A stretch of DNA of 64,000 bases from Camelus dromedarius (lineage: Eukaryota): positions 4,216,001-4,280,000 of the forward strand of contig NC_087437.1 of NCBI RefSeq assembly GCF_036321535.1. Direction: 5' to 3'. The position numbers were made by a program, and so were the translations under genes. Positions 12,791-25,850 of the stretch are shown one piece after another. Under the pieces are notes generated by a model that saw nothing but the letters and a program-made list of their open reading frames with translations, was not told the DNA's origin and searched no databases. Position 1 is the stretch's first letter, and the number at the start of each line of letters is the position of its first letter.

Positions 12791-13522
12791 ATGACAGCAT
12801 TTTCATATTCAGATTGAGTCTTCGTAAAAACTCTATCTGCTTAATATTTTATCAGAAGACAATGCACCACAATCTAATTGTTCTTTAAGCGAAAAGAGTC
12901 TAAGTGCACAGTCATTTTTCTCTCATGAATACTATTTCAACACCATCGTTCCCTATCTATCATTTTTCCCTTTATTCCTTCGGGTAAATTTCCAGAAGTG
13001 GGATCCCTGGGGTTTTGCTAACTCACTTCCCCTTCTTCATAAGAAAAGATCCCTCCATTTGTCGATTCCTGCTTTATTCCTTTGCTGAAACTGTTCTCTC
13101 GCCGCTCCCATCACGTCCCCGTATCCGGATTCAGTGACCTCCATCCGAGGAGCCTTCATGAACTAAGTAGCCCACTAACCCCTCCTCCACGTTCCTGCCT
13201 GGAACACCGTGCCCCCCACCCCAGGCCTCTGCACGTAACTGTGGCACTAGTGTGAGCTGACTGCACACCTTTCCAGCTGGTCACTGATTGTCTCCCATGG
13301 GAGTGCTTTCTCTCCCTGTACGAGCCGTGCCTCCTGAGCTATGGCGTGTGGCTTTTCCTCCCGCCTTGGCTGCGAGCTGTTCCTCCAGCAGGCACTCACG
13401 GGGAGTCTGCTCATGAGGACGTGAGGCTCCACCACCACCGATTCCACATGCCCGCCCCGCCTTGGGCCTAAGTGCCTTCACCCATCACTGACGCTCTCGG
13501 TCTAGGACACCCAGATACTCAC

Positions 13523-13559
13523 GGCTGTGGTCCCGCAGGAATTGAACCAGATCACACTG
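13523..13559 (-). CDS. COL6A5: Helix-to-C1 linker exon (37 nt)
   Basis: QCDLVQFLRDHS(P); tttccag / gtgagt. Confidence 0.9.
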
Positions 13560-13672
13560 CTGGAAATTTCAAGGAGACAGAAGACAGACATGAGTACAGT
13601 GATCTCCAAGGGGCCACATTTATTTCCCAGTGAACTGGTTGGATTATCTTTCATGATTAAAGACATACGTAC

Positions 13673-13708
13673 AGAATACACGGGCTGCCCGGCCATGCCT
13701 TTAGCTCC
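13673..13708 (-). CDS. COL6A5: End of triple helix (36 nt)
   Basis: GAKGMAGQPVYS; ttccctag / gtacgt. Confidence 0.92.
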
Positions 13709-14258
13709 CTAGGGAAACAGAAACAGAGCAAGTGATTGGTGTGTGAATTGGAGTCTCCAATGCTCTTTCCCTGACACACACCAAGAATGTAAAAAAAAAT
13801 TTTTTTTTTAATTTGTTGCCATTTTATTTCCCAATCTTTCTGGAGTCCGCATTGTGAAGTCAGGAGGGTCCCAGCAGTGGTTTGGGAACCTCACCTATCA
13901 ACTTGTCTCGCTCGACTGAACTTTGCTGGGACAACTTTATGAAGCCTATGCAATCCCACCCCATTTGCAAAACTTGAGTAAAAGAATACCAGCAACAGCT
14001 AATATTTGCTTTGAACTTGACAGTTTACAAAGAAAGTTCACCTTGATCTGATGCTCATGGCTGTCTTTTGAGGTGGTTAGAATGGGACACATCATCTCTG
14101 TCTTAGGGCGAAACTGACAGACCCTGGGACTGGCCCACCGGCACTCAGGCAGCAAGAAGCAGAGGCTGGCCTTGAACCCAGTGCTTCTGACTTTCAATTC
14201 TGTGCCTGTTCCCTTGAGAACCCAGTACCCACTGCTTAGTTCTCAGGAATGTACTTAC

Positions 14259-14321
14259 CCTCTGTCCAGGTGGGCCCTGGCGTCCTGGAGAACCCTCTTC
14301 ACCTTTCAAACCTACAGTGGG
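14259..14321 (-). CDS. COL6A5: Gly-X-Y exon (63 nt) starting with an interruption
   Basis: PTVGLKGEEGSPGRQGPPGQR; cctgcag / gtaagt. Confidence 0.91.
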
Positions 14322-15252
14322 CTGCAGGTAGGAATAACCATCAGTTTCTACGTCACCTATCCATGGGGATTACCCCAGGTTTAATGAAACTTCATACTTA
14401 AAAAAAATAATAGCAACTGCTAATTTAAGTCAAGCAAATTCCTTACTTGTAATGTAAATAGTTATTCTTAATTATTGGTAAACATCTATTTCAAAAAACG
14501 CAAAGGTACCAGAGCACACAGAGATCTAACAAAAAACCTCCCATCTGCAAAGGATCAAATGAGAGAAGTAACTCCCCGCATACACAAGCACATGGGTGGC
14601 CATATCATTCCCAGCACCTCAACGTGAGAGATACGGATGCTAACAAAATGCTCCAGCCAGATGAAAAGCATTGTTGAACTGCATCTCTTTCATGCTGGTA
14701 ACGACCAGTGAGATTCCACTCAAACTTTGAAATGAAAGGCTGCTCCTCTCAGCATTTTGTTTTTCAGTAAGTATAACACTCTTCTCTGCACTTAGCTAGT
14801 GGGAACATCTCAACAGCTTTCCTGAAAATAAACATCCCGGACAATCTTGACTCTCGGGGAGTGGGTGAAATTGTCAGAGGAGGCTCTGGGACACAGTGGG
14901 AAGGTATCAGTTTCATTTCTGCTCACAGGGTTAATATTCCGGGCTTTTATCTCTGCTTTAGAAAAGAGTGGAAGACGGTGGCATTTCTTGGAAAAGCCAG
15001 TTATCAATCTATAAATATTTAAAATAGTGCAGATTCATGGAGCCATAGAATTTTAGAGCTGAACGTGACCTTTGGTGTCATTAAGTTCAATTCCCACGTG
15101 ACAGAAATACAGACCCTGAAAAGCTGTATTGAAGACGGCACAGCTAGGAAGTGACCCTGGGTTGGATCGACAATCCACATGTATAATTACAACATAAAAG
15201 ATGGAGTCTTCCAAAGAAATGTTTATTATTTCTGGAATTAAAGGCCACTTAC

Positions 15253-15315
15253 CGGTAATCCTCTAAATCCTTTCGGTCCGGGCCCCCCAGGAATTCCAGG
15301 GTCCCCAACATCACC
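15253..15315 (-). CDS. COL6A5: Gly-X-Y exon (63 nt)
   Basis: GDVGDPGIPGGPGPKGFRGLP; ctttag / gtaagt. Confidence 0.93.
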
Positions 15316-16685
15316 CTAAAGATTCAGATATAAAAAACCAAGATGTTAAAATATTAGCTATGAAAGAATAAAAATGAGTCTTTCCAAACCAAAACTTAAT
15401 TGCTCTTGTAACTATATTACATATTAAACTTTAAATGTCATCTCCTCCTGTTATCTGGAACTAAGTCACTGATACACTTAGATGCTCTCCAAACTATTTT
15501 AATTTTCTAAGAATGCAAATATTGATGCATAAATATCAACGCAAGGGCTGTCCAATCAGTTACTAAAAACACCTAAAGGACGTATAAATCGAGGAAAACA
15601 TATGGGGCACTCACTATATAAAATACTGTTGAATGAACTGCTTCCTAAATTCATGCATCATTCCTGAACAAGCTGAAGGTTAAAAAAAAACAACAAAACT
15701 TTATTCTAACTCTGGTGGGAAACTAATTTCACCCTTATCATCATGTCAATTTCACATTTATTCATAATTTGAAATATGCTAATTTTCTCTCTTTATCAGT
15801 AAATGAGAAAATTGGTCCTTTACAATGAGAGCTCCTATCCTAGCAGTCATTTATACGGTCCCTTTCTGCACCCTTCTCCACCTAAGGAAAGAAACTCTTT
15901 TGGTAACTCATTAATCAAAAGCACTTTTAAGGGGACTCAAGAATTGGCAATTTTCCTATGCCGTAGTTGATTTGATTTGCCTAGACATTCTATTTTTTTT
16001 TTAAATTCACATTTTCTATTTTAATTTGAGCATCAACTATGGGAAGATGCTCTTCTAGACAGGATACTTTAAAAAAAGAAAAGAAAAGAAATCCTGTTAG
16101 AGAATTCCAGTGTAGAAACAGGTATAACGTGAGCTGCTCTGGTTGAAATGGGAGGCACGTCTGGCTATTGAGCAAGGAGATGGATTTTCACCTGGTGGGC
16201 AGTGAGGAATTCTGGAAGGTGTCTGACCAGGAGAGTAACAGAATTAGACTACTGTTTGGAAAAAAAAAATCAAGTGACAGCGGGGTTCGGGATTAACTGA
16301 AGCAGGGAGAAGTTGGAAGTTGGAAATGGATAAGAATATTGTAATCTTTCAGGGAAGAGGAAGCGGAGGCCACGACAGTGAAGGCTAGACCGAGAGTTCT
16401 GCATGAGGTCACCGAGGCAGAAAAATCAAGAAGAGGACAAAGGATCAAACTTGAGAGGATGCCTAGAGGTGCGATTGCAAGACAAGCGACATCAGGCAAT
16501 GAAGCGCGTCTTTTCCAATTTAAACCTTCACGGGAGTTAAGTATGGTCCTTTCTTCATGAAGCTCAGGCGAAACAGCCGTCCTGATCCTTCCCCTACATT
16601 TCATTCAGACCCACAGACTTCTCTCAATTCTCAAGCAGCAGGTCAAGAGCACAGTAATTTCAAAACACGTTCATGTGCACGATAC

Positions 16686-16721
16686 CTTTTCCCCCATATC
16701 GCCAGGGAATCCTCTTGGGCC
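16686..16721 (-). CDS. COL6A5: Gly-X-Y exon (36 nt)
   Basis: GPRGFPGDMGEK; atcgtag / gtatcg. Confidence 0.9.
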
Positions 16722-16842
16722 CTACGATTTTCAGCAGAGAACATAAGTAAATCAACACACCATTTCTGCCGTACGATCATGTCTTTTTGTATGATTTAAG
16801 CTGGATTCACCAATTAAGTAACTAATTGTTTTCCATATTTAC

Positions 16843-16893
16843 CTTTACTCCTTTTCGTCCCGTAGGACCGTAGCCTGGGATGCCGTAATCACC
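16843..16893 (-). CDS. COL6A5: Gly-X-Y exon (51 nt) with Gly-X interruption
   Basis: GDYGIPGYGPTGRKGVK; tcacag / gtaaat. Confidence 0.92.
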
Positions 16894-18027
16894 CTGTGAA
16901 CATATTGGATCATTTCAATTTCTCAAAAGTGAAAATTAATTGTACTCTCTATCATGGTGTCAGGAGAGAAGCACTGGGGGCTTCCAGGTGGAGGGGGCCG
17001 GATTAATCAATGACCTTCAACTCTGGGGACTTGCACGTTGCTGGGTTTTCTGCACTTCCTGGGATGTGCTCCGGTACTCCTCTGGCCAGCTCTACTTTGG
17101 AGACATTGCAGGAGGCAGAGGGATGGTCATTTAGGACTAACGTAGTCAGTGGCAATTACTTGCTTGGAAAATTAGGAACTGGTCCAAAGAACACTGGGGG
17201 AGGAATTCCCCAAGGAAGAATTATAACTGGCTGATAAACATACGGAAAATTGTTATCCTCCCAAGTAACCAAAGAAATGCAATTTGACACAGTAATGAGT
17301 TGCCATTTTTTGTCAATAAGATTAGTAAAGATGGCAGGGGAAGCAACTGACAATACCCCCTGTCAACGTGTGTGCCCTGAAAGCAATTCTGTCCTGCGCA
17401 AAGCGTGAGTGCACGCATCCTGTGAATTTTCCTAAGGGTCCTTTGCAATAGAGTTCAAAGCCTTCATTAAATATGTGCATATTTCATGATCCAGCCATGT
17501 TGCTTCTAGAAATTTCCGTGTAGAAATGAATTATAGTCCTGTCCAAAAATGTCATTGCATGCAAGAATGTTCATTGTCTTGCTATTTAGGGCAGTGAAAA
17601 ACTGGAAGCAAAGTAAATACCCAACAATTAGAGATTAATCCAAGGAACTAAGGCACATATGTTCAGTAGACTATTTTAAAGCTATTAAAAGTAACACTGA
17701 GGGGAAAATGTAACGACGTGGAAATACGCTTATGGTATGTTGTTCTGTTCGTAGGGAAAAATGGAGTCATGTGTTTTGTATCTCCAGGGCATTAATGATA
17801 AATATTTCCAAATGGTGGGATTATGGGTAATTTTTTTCTTTTGCATTTGCCATCTTTTATGCGTAGTAAATTTTCTACAATATCTGTGTATAACATTTAC
17901 AATAAATATTATTTTTGAAAAGAAAATTTTTTTTCCTTTACTACAGACAAAGAAATTAAAATTTTTTCCTCTAACAGATACCCAATTTCTCAGCCCTCCT
18001 CCCCTCCTCCTGTCACTCTGGAGTTTT

Positions 18028-18137
18028 GTTTAGAACCTTTTTTTTTTTTTTTTAAATTAATGGGGGTACTGGGGATTGAACCTAGGACCTGGTGCAAGCT
18101 AACCATGTGCTCTACCACTGAGCTACACCCTCCTCCA
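18028..18137 (-). mobile_element. tRNA-Ala-derived SINE
   Basis: Core plus poly-T; exact TSD ctggagtttt at 18018-18027 and 18138-18147. Confidence 0.9.
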
Positions 18138-18428
18138 CTGGAGTTTTACAAGTGGACAGAAACAGGCTGTGCTGATTTTCAATGGACATGGCCAAACCAG
18201 CTGTTAACATACACAAACACCCTGCCTGAATGCACACAGCATCCTCTGCACGCCCGCCCCCTCTCCCTCGCTTTAGCAGGACGAGAGCTGCAGGGGCTGG
18301 GAGGAACAGCCCTACATCTTCCCAGGAGCTCCCCAAATGCCTTTGGTACCCCAGGTGCTCAAGCCCCCCTCTCAGAACTGAGCCCTCGGAGCTGCCAAAG
18401 GGTGGAAGTCCTCAAACCTCGCTCGTAC

Positions 18429-18491
18429 CTGCTTTCCTCGAGGTCCGGCTTGCCCTGCTGGCCCCGGGTCTCCAGGAATTCCTGGCTCTCC
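18429..18491 (-). CDS. COL6A5: Gly-X-Y exon (63 nt)
   Basis: GEPGIPGDPGPAGQAGPRGKQ; cattag / gtacga. Confidence 0.92.
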
Positions 18492-19822
18492 CTAATGAGA
18501 CGAGAGCCCCAGATCAGTAAAATCAGACCTGGCTCCAACCCCAGGATGCTCTGTCTGCTGGCTGGGGACACTCAGGGTCCCCTGGGAGGGTTCAGTGCTC
18601 AGGAAGGAAAGGGGTGCAGGAAACCAGTCACCGCCTTCCCCAAGGTGAGCAGGAGACAGCAGCAGAGCCCACGCCTGGACCCAGCCCTGCTCTCCCAGCT
18701 GCAGGGAGACTGAAAGCGAAGGCAAAGAGTGGAGAATTTCCTGCAGGGACTGTGGGTTCATTCACAGATTTATTCACCCATCCAACCATTACTTACTGTC
18801 CTGGAAAGTGGACCTCACCCAGCAGTGTGGTTGGAAAGAGAGGCAACTAGACAGGTGACTCTACACTGTGTAATGAAGGGCAGGGTCACGGCAGTAGAGA
18901 GAGGGGGGCTGTGAGTCAGAGGATTTGGCAGGGATGTGGGGTGGGGGGGAGGGAGCAGGGATGCTGAGGCTGGAAGGATAATGATGATGATGATGATGAT
19001 GTGTGTGTGTGTGTGCCTGTGTGCATGTGCTGGGAGAGGGTGGAGAGGGAGGAAGAAACATTCAGGAGGATGCCAGCACTAATGAGAAGCCTGGGGCAGA
19101 CTCACTGGAGGGAGATGAGCCAAGAGGCCCTAGAATTAAACGGGGTCAAAGGGCTTTCTAAACTACCGTAATGTTTGGAGATTTTCCTCGGGGCCACCGG
19201 GAAGTTGAGAGCAGCTACACAATTTGTGGGACTGAAATGAAAGCACTGGCCCTTTACACAGATGTGAAGAGTTTCCGATGGTGACAGTACAGCATGAAGC
19301 CCAGCACGGAGCCTTCTAGGCAAGGCCCCCTGTGTCACTGCACGGGCCCCCGGCCCAGGAAGCTGGCCCTGGGAGAGGGAGATGCTAAAAAGTTTTGAGC
19401 AGGGCAACGAGATTCTGAACAGGCCTGCTCTGTAACCATCTCCAACAGGGCCCCTTCAGGGAAGGGAGGCTGAGTTAGATGTGGGAACTGCAGGCACAAA
19501 CAGATCTGAATTCGGACACCTCACGGCCCTGGTCACCTCTGGCACCAAGCGCGTTTGTGCATTCAGGAAACCAGGGAGTTGAGATTTTTCAGTGGTTTCC
19601 TGATCAGTGAGTAAGCTGTGTCTCTCCCAGTGAAATGGGGCAGCTTCACAGAGAGGTCAGCAGTTAGAAATTCTTTGCTCAATAGAAGGAAAATAATGTA
19701 TTTGGCAGAAAGCTGGTGGGCAGTGGGGGTGCTGAGATCGTGTGAGGAATTTACAAGAAAGTCAAGAGAAAACAGGGTTGCTCTTTTCTCAGTATTTGAA
19801 GTCTGTTAGAAACAACACGGAC

Positions 19823-19885
19823 CTTCTTCCCCAAGGGTCCAGGCCTTCCATCACTTCCTTTATCTCCCACCGGGCCAGCGGCGCC
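19823..19885 (-). CDS. COL6A5: Gly-X-Y exon (63 nt)
   Basis: GAAGPVGDKGSDGRPGPLGKK; cttccag / gtccgt. Confidence 0.91.
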
Positions 19886-20910
19886 CTGGAAGAAAACGGG
19901 CAACATAGATACTGGTGTTGCAGTGATTTTTACAAAACCTGTTAGATTAGTTTTGCTTTTCTTCGTGTCCTTTCCAACTCCCCCTCCACAAGAGACCAGC
20001 CACCCAGGGAGGGGAGACATCTGGGCTGAAACCAGGTGGTGCAGGTGATAGTCCTGGTCAGATGACCCTAAGTCATCATCTGCAGGGCCATCACGGTTCA
20101 CAGGGGGCCTCAGTGAGAAACAGAAAAGGCGCCCTTGTCACGACACACATTATTTCTGAATGTGGCAAGTTTGCCGTAATGGACCGATTTTGTTAGAACA
20201 AGACATGGTGGTACCATTGCCACTTCTGTGCCCTGAGCCATCCACACTTGCAAAATGGTATGCGGAACGTGTCTCAGTTTCCCCATCTGCAAAGGGGGAC
20301 CTTTTCCAAACACACTGGGAAGATAACAGAGCAAACACAGGGCTTGCTTGCCTTCTGAGCTCTTGCTATTTGCGTGGAAGGACTGAACAGATTCAGCACA
20401 TTTTTCATAGGAATCCCTCGCCATCCAAACTCTCATTACTCACTGTCAGAAACTTGGGAAGCACATAGCTTCACAGATGAATTTGAAGCTGAACTTAGAA
20501 ACCAAATAAATTTGGGAAGTGAGGGAGCTTTACAGAGTCCATTTCCAATATCCGTAGTCAGTGGACGTAGGCACGGCACTGATCATTTTTAAAAGTTAGA
20601 AAAACCAGAGACATGGACCAGGCTTGGAAACGTTCATGAGTCAGCGAGATCTGCCTGCTTTCAAATGCTTTCTCCCGGCTGATGAAGTGGGTCTGTGCTT
20701 TCCAAGTAAAACCCCAGGGAAGGAGAAAGGGGAACGCTTAAGCTATGGTCAAGGAATCTGAGCTGTTTACCCCCAATTTGTCCCAAGCTAATCCCCAAAC
20801 AAAATACTGCATATGTAGATCATGTAAAATAAACTCTATGTGAAGATGTTCTTGAAGAAAGAGGAAAATGAAGCTTGGAGACCACTGACGGTACCGTCTG
20901 AGTCACTCAC

Positions 20911-20973
20911 CTGAGGTCCTTTGTGACCCTGGTTCCCCTTCTCGCCTTTCCTGCCCGGAATTCCGTTTAACCC
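20911..20973 (-). CDS. COL6A5: Gly-X-Y exon (63 nt)
   Basis: GLNGIPGRKGEKGNQGHKGPQ; ccaaag / gtgagt. Confidence 0.92.
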
Positions 20974-22389
20974 CTTTGGCAGTAACAAAAGAAACATCAT
21001 GCAGTGAAGTCAGTGAACACAGACTTTCTTCATGAGTGCTTTGAATCCCCCCTCGCCCCATGGAAAAGCGCTGGTCCAACCCTTCACACAGCCTTTGGCT
21101 CTGACATTAAGCACGTCTCAGGAGAGGAGCTGAGGGGAGACCTAGACTCAGAGGAACAGCTCCTGTGAAGGAATTCCCTGCCTGGGTATAAGCTCTTCAT
21201 CCCTCTCCAACAGGGAGAGACGGAAAAGAGAATAAAAGGAGAAATAAAGCCTGTAGAAGAAGGAAGAGAGACACAAACAATCATCAGAAGGATTCCTTTG
21301 ATGGGGCAGGTTCCTTGGGCCAAATAACTTAACAATGTGTAAAATTAACACCAAAGGACATTTCCCCAGCAGATCCCTATCAGAGGAATTAAAGCAGATT
21401 TTCTGCCACATTTCCCATCAAATGCATGGTTCTAATATGGTTCTCTCACCAGAAGGAAAAACCGGAGGTGCTGGTAATGTGTCTCACCGCCGAAGCACCA
21501 GCTGTAAAATGTCCCGGGTGCCCAGGCCAGTGGTGGGAGGAGCCCCTGGGCCAGCTTGGTTCACTGTCCAAGCAGCAGAGCTAGTAACACCCCTCTGCCT
21601 ACGACGCCTGGGGATGGGCTGAAGCGGGTCCCACGGTTACTCGCTCTGGGAAACACCAGCCCCACTCAAGAGAATTCCCAATTCCAGCTCAGTGTTAAGA
21701 ATCTAGGAGAACAATGAACCTCTGGAGAGGTCTTAGGATGGACACATCTATGCAGGCAGGGGCCTTCCAGACAGTCCAGGCTCAGGGGGCCCCAGCAGGA
21801 CCCCAGAAGTACCCACGTGTTGCAAAGCGAATCTCTAAGGACGACCCCTGCATATTGCTGACCTGGACGAGAAACAGACCTGTCCCGCCTCCAGCGCCCA
21901 GCTCACTAACGATATGACCAGATGGCTCACGTAAAGCCCTACGGGGGACATCCCAGAAGCAGTGTCACGCCCTGTGGGGTTAGCTTTGGGTGAGCTGAAC
22001 AACTCTTCCCAGTTCCTAACTTTCCTTCATGGGGAGGGGGGTGTCTGTGTGCAGGACTTCTCTGTAAAAAAAAAAAAAGCAATTTGTTGATCCTGAAACT
22101 GGCTCCTAATATAGTATCAAAGTCTTAATAATTCATTATTGCTAAAACGCAGACACAATATGAGGTGCACACAAGAGCATGCCTTTCCTCTACCAGGGAG
22201 CTGTGAATTTTGATGGTGCAAAATCACCCACTCACAGTGAGAAATGCAGACTCCCAGAGACGTGGACCTTGGAGGAGGGCGGGGGCTGCTTAAAATGTCC
22301 TGTCGTTTATTTTTATCATAATACACCTTCCCATCTCCCCATCAGAATAACAGCATCATGCATCAGTATTTATAAATACTCCAACACAC

Positions 22390-22452
22390 CTGTGGACCTT
22401 GTAATCCTTCGGGTCCCAGTGCGCCTTGAGGTCCAGGGTTCCCAGGTTGTCC
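22390..22452 (-). CDS. COL6A5: Gly-X-Y exon (63 nt)
   Basis: GQPGNPGPQGALGPEGLQGPQ; ccctcag / gtgtgt. Confidence 0.92.
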
Positions 22453-22544
22453 CTGAGGGATGAGTTTTCAGGGTTAGAATTCTTTCCACATGGTTTCCAT
22501 GTAGATTCTCTCTCTCTCTCTCTTTGTTTTTCAGATTTGCATAG

Positions 22545-23257
22545 TTATTTTTTTTAATTGAAGTAGAGTCAGATTACAATGTCCTGTCAATTTCTGGTGT
22601 ACAGCATAGTGTTTCAGTCATACAAGTACATACATATATTCCTTTTCATATTCTTCTTCATTATAGGTCACTACAAGATACTGAATAGAGTTCCCTGTGC
22701 TGTACAGTAGGACCTTGTTGTTTATTTATTTTACATATAGTAGTTAGTATCTGCAATTCTCGAACTTCCAATTTATCCCTTCCTATCTCCTTCCCCGTCC
22801 TGGTAACCATAAGTCTGTTCTCTATGTCTGTGAGTCTGTTTCTGTTTTGTAAATTAGTTCATTTGTGTCTTTTTTTTTTTTTTAGATTCCACACATAAGT
22901 GGTATCATATGGTATTTTTCTTTCTCTTTCTGGCTTACTTCACTTAGAATGGCATTCTCCAGGTCCATCCATGTTGCTGCAAATGGCATTATTTTGTTCT
23001 TTTTTATGGCTTAGTAGTATTCCATTGTATAAATACACCACAGCTTCTTTATCCAGTCATCTGTCGATGGGCATTTAGATTGTTTCCATGTCTTGGCTGT
23101 TGTAAATAGTGCTGCTATGGACACTGGGATGCATGGGTCTTTTCGAATTAGAGTTCCCTCTGGATATATGCCCAGGAGTGGGATGGCTGGATCGTGGGGC
23201 AAGTCTATTTTGAGTTTTTGAGGACTCTCCATGCTTTCTCCACAGCGGCTGCAGCAC
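22545..23257 (-). mobile_element. L1 3' end fragment
   Basis: ORF 23011-23232 (LPHDPAIPLLGIYP...WIKKLW) is L1 ORF2p. Confidence 0.92.
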
Positions 23258-23707
23258 AGAGTTTCTCTTTATGGTAGCTCATGCTACAGTGAGTGGTACC
23301 CAGAAGCTGTTCTGTCCAACTCTTGGTCGTGTCCCACTTTGCCTAGGAGGATATTCTTCCATACCATCTAAGAATTGATCTCTTGGTCATTTCTCATCTT
23401 AATACAGAATTTCACTCCCTTACAGTCACCGCTCAGGGCATGGGCAGAGCTCAGACTGTGGGACTGCACAGGTGCCCGGTCTCTAACATGTCTGTTGGGG
23501 GGGGGGTACTGCCTGAGGTCAGGCCCATCCTGTGCATGCCAGCGAACTGATGGACACTTGGACCCCCTGGGCAGTGGGGCTCATGTCCAGGGCTCGGTGC
23601 TTCCCACAACATTCCTGCAAACGCTCCCTCACTGGTGGTACCATCTACACGTGAGATATCTCCTTGGCCCCACCACCCACAGAGGACAGGAAGGAAAGGA
23701 TACTCAC

Positions 23708-23743
23708 CGGGGCACCCTGGGTCCCCCGTTGGCCTTCTCGTCC
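23708..23743 (-). CDS. COL6A5: Gly-X-Y exon (36 nt)
   Basis: GREGQRGTQGAP; atccag / gtgagt. Confidence 0.92.
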
Positions 23744-24976
23744 CTGGATCAGAAGAGACAAAGGGTTAGCATATAAGTATCTGGAAGGAGGCTCCCTAGA
23801 GGCAAACAGGCAGACAGAAGTAACAGGCAGCTCACAGAAATCACTTCCCCGAGGCACTTTCTGAAGACACGTTTTCACACTGGGCACTTAATTACCAACC
23901 AGCGTTTGGGGGACCGATCGCAAACCAATCTGACAGTCATTACAGACTCCTTTCTAGCCTGACAACTCGGACAATGACCCAGGAGGCTGTTTGGAGCATC
24001 AAATCATTCCCACACACCTGTCTTGTCCCTTTCTGTCTCGGGCCAGTCCCACAAGGCACCATCCGCTGACGCAGGCTTGCTGCGTGACTAAGCTGTGCCA
24101 CATCCCTCTCTCTCTGTCCTGGGCTCCTGATCACGTCTTAGGGAAGAGTGATGATCGTTACACACAGTGCTTCCTACAGGCCCCCTGGGGTCAGTCTCCG
24201 TGGAGTTCTCCAAGGAGGAAATGGCTCATGGGGTCTGCTCAGCTCTGCACTGGTCCAAATGCCACCGTCTGGTTCAACTGTAAAAAGCCAGTCTGAAGCC
24301 GAAATCCATCTGCTTCTCTCCAGAAGTCATGTCATGTCACCATCGCCGGCTGAGGCTCTCCACTTAGTGGCTGTCCCTCCTTCCCAGAGGGTAGCCAAGC
24401 AGGAAGAAGATTCATATCCCGAATCCCAACATTTTCCCTCAACGGCAGCGATGAGGACTGTGTCCTCACCCTCACCCACCACCCTGCCTCTCTGAGTGAG
24501 CCGTGGACCATCTCAACATTCCTCAACATCTCAGCATCACTCAATATATTGTGTGTGGTGATCAACAGGTGGGATTATTTTATGTGCGAAGCAAATCCTT
24601 AAAAAAAAAAAAAAACTTATTCATTTGTTCCGGAAGGTTGCCATGGAAATGGTTATTTCAGAACGACTGTTTTTTCAGCTGCCCAGCTTCTGAGGTTCCT
24701 GAGAATTTACTATCTGACCAAATGCCCCCTCCACCAGGTTGGCCGATGATCAGAATTCCTCCACTGAGGCTCTGCCCCATGATCCAGGTACTCTTTGCAT
24801 TAAAGTGCAAATACCCTTTGGGAGAAGTCACCCACTATAATTCGTCAGCTGTCTGTATCTTCATGTGACTCACAGGACTCCTGACAGGTGAAAGCAGAGA
24901 TGAAACAGTAAATAAAGCTTGAAACCATGGTTTCCATGATGTCATAATTCTGTCTCCATTAAAGAGCAAGGAGAGG

Positions 24977-25031
24977 AGGAGGGTGCAGCTCAGGGGTAGA
25001 CCAGGTGCCGAGCCTGCATGAGGTCCTGAGC
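24977..25031 (+). mobile_element. Truncated tRNA-Ala-derived SINE head abutting an L1 tail
   Basis: ggagggtgcagctcaggggtaga...gcatgaggtcctg, stopping before the B box. Confidence 0.7.
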
Positions 25032-25032
25032 T

Positions 25033-25615
25033 TCTTTTATGTTTTATTGGCATTTAGACAGTTTACAATGTTGCACCAGTTTCTAGTATACAGCAAAATA
25101 GACCAGCCACGCGTGTACATGCATATGTTCCTTTTCATATTCTTTCTCATTATGGGTTACTACAAGATTTTAAACATGGTTCCCTGTGCTGTACAGAAGA
25201 AACTTGTGGTTTATCTATTTAATATATATTAGCTAGTATCTGCAAATCTCGAATTCCCAATTCATCCCTTCCCACCCCCTCTCCCCTCTGGTAACTGTAA
25301 GTTTCTTTTCTGTGTCTGTGAGTCTGTTTCTGTTTTGTTAAAAAAAAGTTCATTCGGCTTTTTTTTTAGATTCTGCATATAAGCAATCTCATATGGTATT
25401 TTTCTTTCTGTTTCTGGTTTACTTCACTTAGAATGACGATGAACAAGTCCATCCATGTTGCTGCAAGTGGCGTTATTTTATTCTTTTTTATGATTGAGTA
25501 GTATTCCATTGTATGAATAGACCACAACTTCTTTATCCAGTCACCTGTCCATGGGCATTTAGGTTGTTTCCATGTCTTGGTTATTGTAAATAGTGCTCTG
25601 TGAACACTGGGGAGC
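25033..25615 (-). mobile_element. L1 3' end fragment
   Basis: ORF 25366-25617 matches the L1 ORF2p C-terminus; 3'UTR follows. Confidence 0.9.
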
Positions 25616-25619
25616 ACTG

Positions 25620-25850
25620 TCTAGGTGAGGAGTCTAGAGCCTGGTGTGAGACACTCCAGGTTCAAACCCAGCTCTGCCTTAATACCTCTCCTAATCCTGG
25701 GTGCTTTACCCAGGGTTCCTTTATTTTTCTCATCTGTAAAATGTGTATAATAATAGTATCTACCTTAGAGACTTGTTATGAGGATTCAATGAATTAATAT
25801 TTGAAAGAGATTTATTTGATCAGGACCGGGCACAAAATGGGTGCTTTTGA
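25620..25850 (+). mobile_element. MIR SINE
   Basis: ggttcaaacccagctctgcc...tttctcatctgtaaaatg..ataataatagtatctacc core. Confidence 0.75.

Noticed and set aside
18060..18713. 217-aa plus-strand ORF
   Set aside because: It starts in an antisense SINE and crosses GC-rich intron and a collagen exon antisense; no recognisable domain.
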